The translations under genes and the position numbers were made by a program. The notes under the pieces are model-generated. The model had not been told where the DNA came from, ran no database searches, and saw only the letters and a program-made list of their open reading frames with translations. Shown piece after piece: positions 23,308 to 24,000 of a stretch of 24,000 nt of DNA (within the stretch, counting starts at the first letter, position 1; every line of letters begins with the position of its first letter). The stretch comes from a bacterium (lineage in GTDB: Bacteria; Pseudomonadota; Alphaproteobacteria; Ferrovibrionales; Ferrovibrionaceae), in contig JALHMN010000027.1 in the NCBI GenBank assembly GCA_022844005.1, positions 1 to 24,000 on the forward strand. Reading direction: 5' to 3'.

Positions 23308-24000
23308 ATGTCCGGCCCGGTCAGCTATCCCGATCTCGCCGGCAAGGTCGTCCTGGTGACCGGTGGCGGCAGCGGCATCGGGGCCGCCATCGTCCGCCGT
23401 TTCACCCAGCAGGGCGCGAGGACCGCCTTTCTCGACATCGCGGAAGCCCCCTCGCGGGCCCTGGTCGAGGCATTGATGCCGGCGGCGGTGCATTTCGAGC
23501 CTTGCGACCTGACCGACATCGCCTGGTTGCGCCGCGCGGTGGCGGCGGTGAAGGCGAAGCTCGGCCCGATCGAAGTGCTGGTCAACAACGCCGCCCATGA
23601 CGACCGCCATGCGCTGGAGACCGTCACCCCGGAATACTGGGACGACCGCATCGCGGTGAACCTGAGGCACCAGTTCTTCGCCGCCCAGGCCGTCGCCCCC
23701 GACATGATCGCGGCCAAGGCGGGCTCGATCATCAACACCGGCTCGGTGTCCTGGATGACGGCGGCGGGCGGCATGCCGGCCTATACGGCGGCGAAGGCGG
23801 CGGTGCACGGCATGACCCGCTCGCTCGCCCGCGACCTCGGCCCTCACGGCATCCGTGCCAACACCGTGGTGCCGGGCTGGATCATGACCGATCGGCAGTT
23901 GGCGCTGTGGGTGACCCCGGAGGCGAAGGCGAACCTCCTGAACCGCCAATGCCTGAAGCGCACGCTCGAACCCGACGACGTGGCCCGCATGGTGCTGTTC
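23308..24000 (+). CDS. SDR-family oxidoreductase (3' end beyond the window)
   Basis: Read by hand; it is not in the ORF track because no stop lies within the window. MSGPVSYPDLAGKVVLVTGGGSGIGAAI (TGxxxGxG), LVNNAA, and S...YTAAKAAV (YxxxK). In frame through base 24000. Confidence 0.9.
   Translation, partial: MSGPVSYPDLAGKVVLVTGGGSGIGAAIVRRFTQQGARTAFLDIAEAPSRALVEALMPAAVHFEPCDLTDIAWLRRAVAAVKAKLGPIEVLVNNAAHDDRHALETVTPEYWDDRIAVNLRHQFFAAQAVAPDMIAAKAGSIINTGSVSWMTAAGGMPAYTAAKAAVHGMTRSLARDLGPHGIRANTVVPGWIMTDRQLALWVTPEAKANLLNRQCLKRTLEPDDVARMVLF

Noticed and set aside
21426-23949. 724-aa plus-strand ORF (21426..23600) and 522-aa minus-strand ORF (22381..23949)
   Set aside because: Both are Arg/Gly/Pro/His-rich low-complexity translations spanning several well-supported genes (MBL hydrolase, AKR, SDR) in other frames or on the other strand. 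No domain motifs are present.
1-24000. CRISPR arrays, tRNA/rRNA genes, integrase or attachment-site signatures
   Set aside because: I found no regularly spaced direct repeats with unique spacers. I also found no cloverleaf-compatible segments or conserved T-loop GGTTCGAATCC-type words, and no tyrosine or serine recombinase-like ORF in any frame.

Overview
High-GC chromosomal segment that looks alphaproteobacterial, judging by a ROSE-like sHSP leader, an EcfG-type GGAAC-N16-CGTT promoter, an RcdA/DUF1465 gene and a GC-rich palindromic intergenic element. Most of it is housekeeping or ordinary metabolism. In order: a YecA-like SEC-C protein, a 59-aa zf-CHCC protein (below the ORF-track cutoff), polA, GST, a secreted double PRC-barrel protein, and a small stress-type protein. 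Then come a cyaY (frataxin)-ABCB exporter operon, rpmE, an RcdA-like gene, Hsp20, two tandem GNATs, an MFS transporter, msrQ, two tandem MBL-fold hydrolases, an aldo/keto reductase, and an SDR that runs off the 3' end and so is absent from the ORF track. No rRNA, tRNA or CRISPR array was seen. Two regions stand out. The first (11254..13397, minus strand) is an ATGA-coupled pair of strongly diverged paralogues of no family I recognise. Each looks like an internal two-domain duplication, and only the upstream copy carries a membrane anchor or signal. The second is a visibly more AT-rich stretch (about 14.8-19.3 kb). It contains a 2.9-kb element bounded by perfect 25-bp inverted repeats and a perfect 19-bp direct repeat. 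An IS1595-family transposase sits in the middle of that element with four uncharacterised passenger ORFs, one of them start/stop-coupled to the transposase. Just outside the element lie a 10-bp-phased GAAYTGG repeat array and four 5-N4-5 palindromes with mirror-symmetric spacing upstream of msrQ. Smaller observations are a G12 homopolymer at the start of the first MBL gene and three tandem-paralogue pairs within 24 kb. Most long antisense ORFs in the track are Arg/Gly/Pro-rich shadow frames typical of high-GC DNA and were rejected. All family assignments come from motif recognition by eye, with no searches run.
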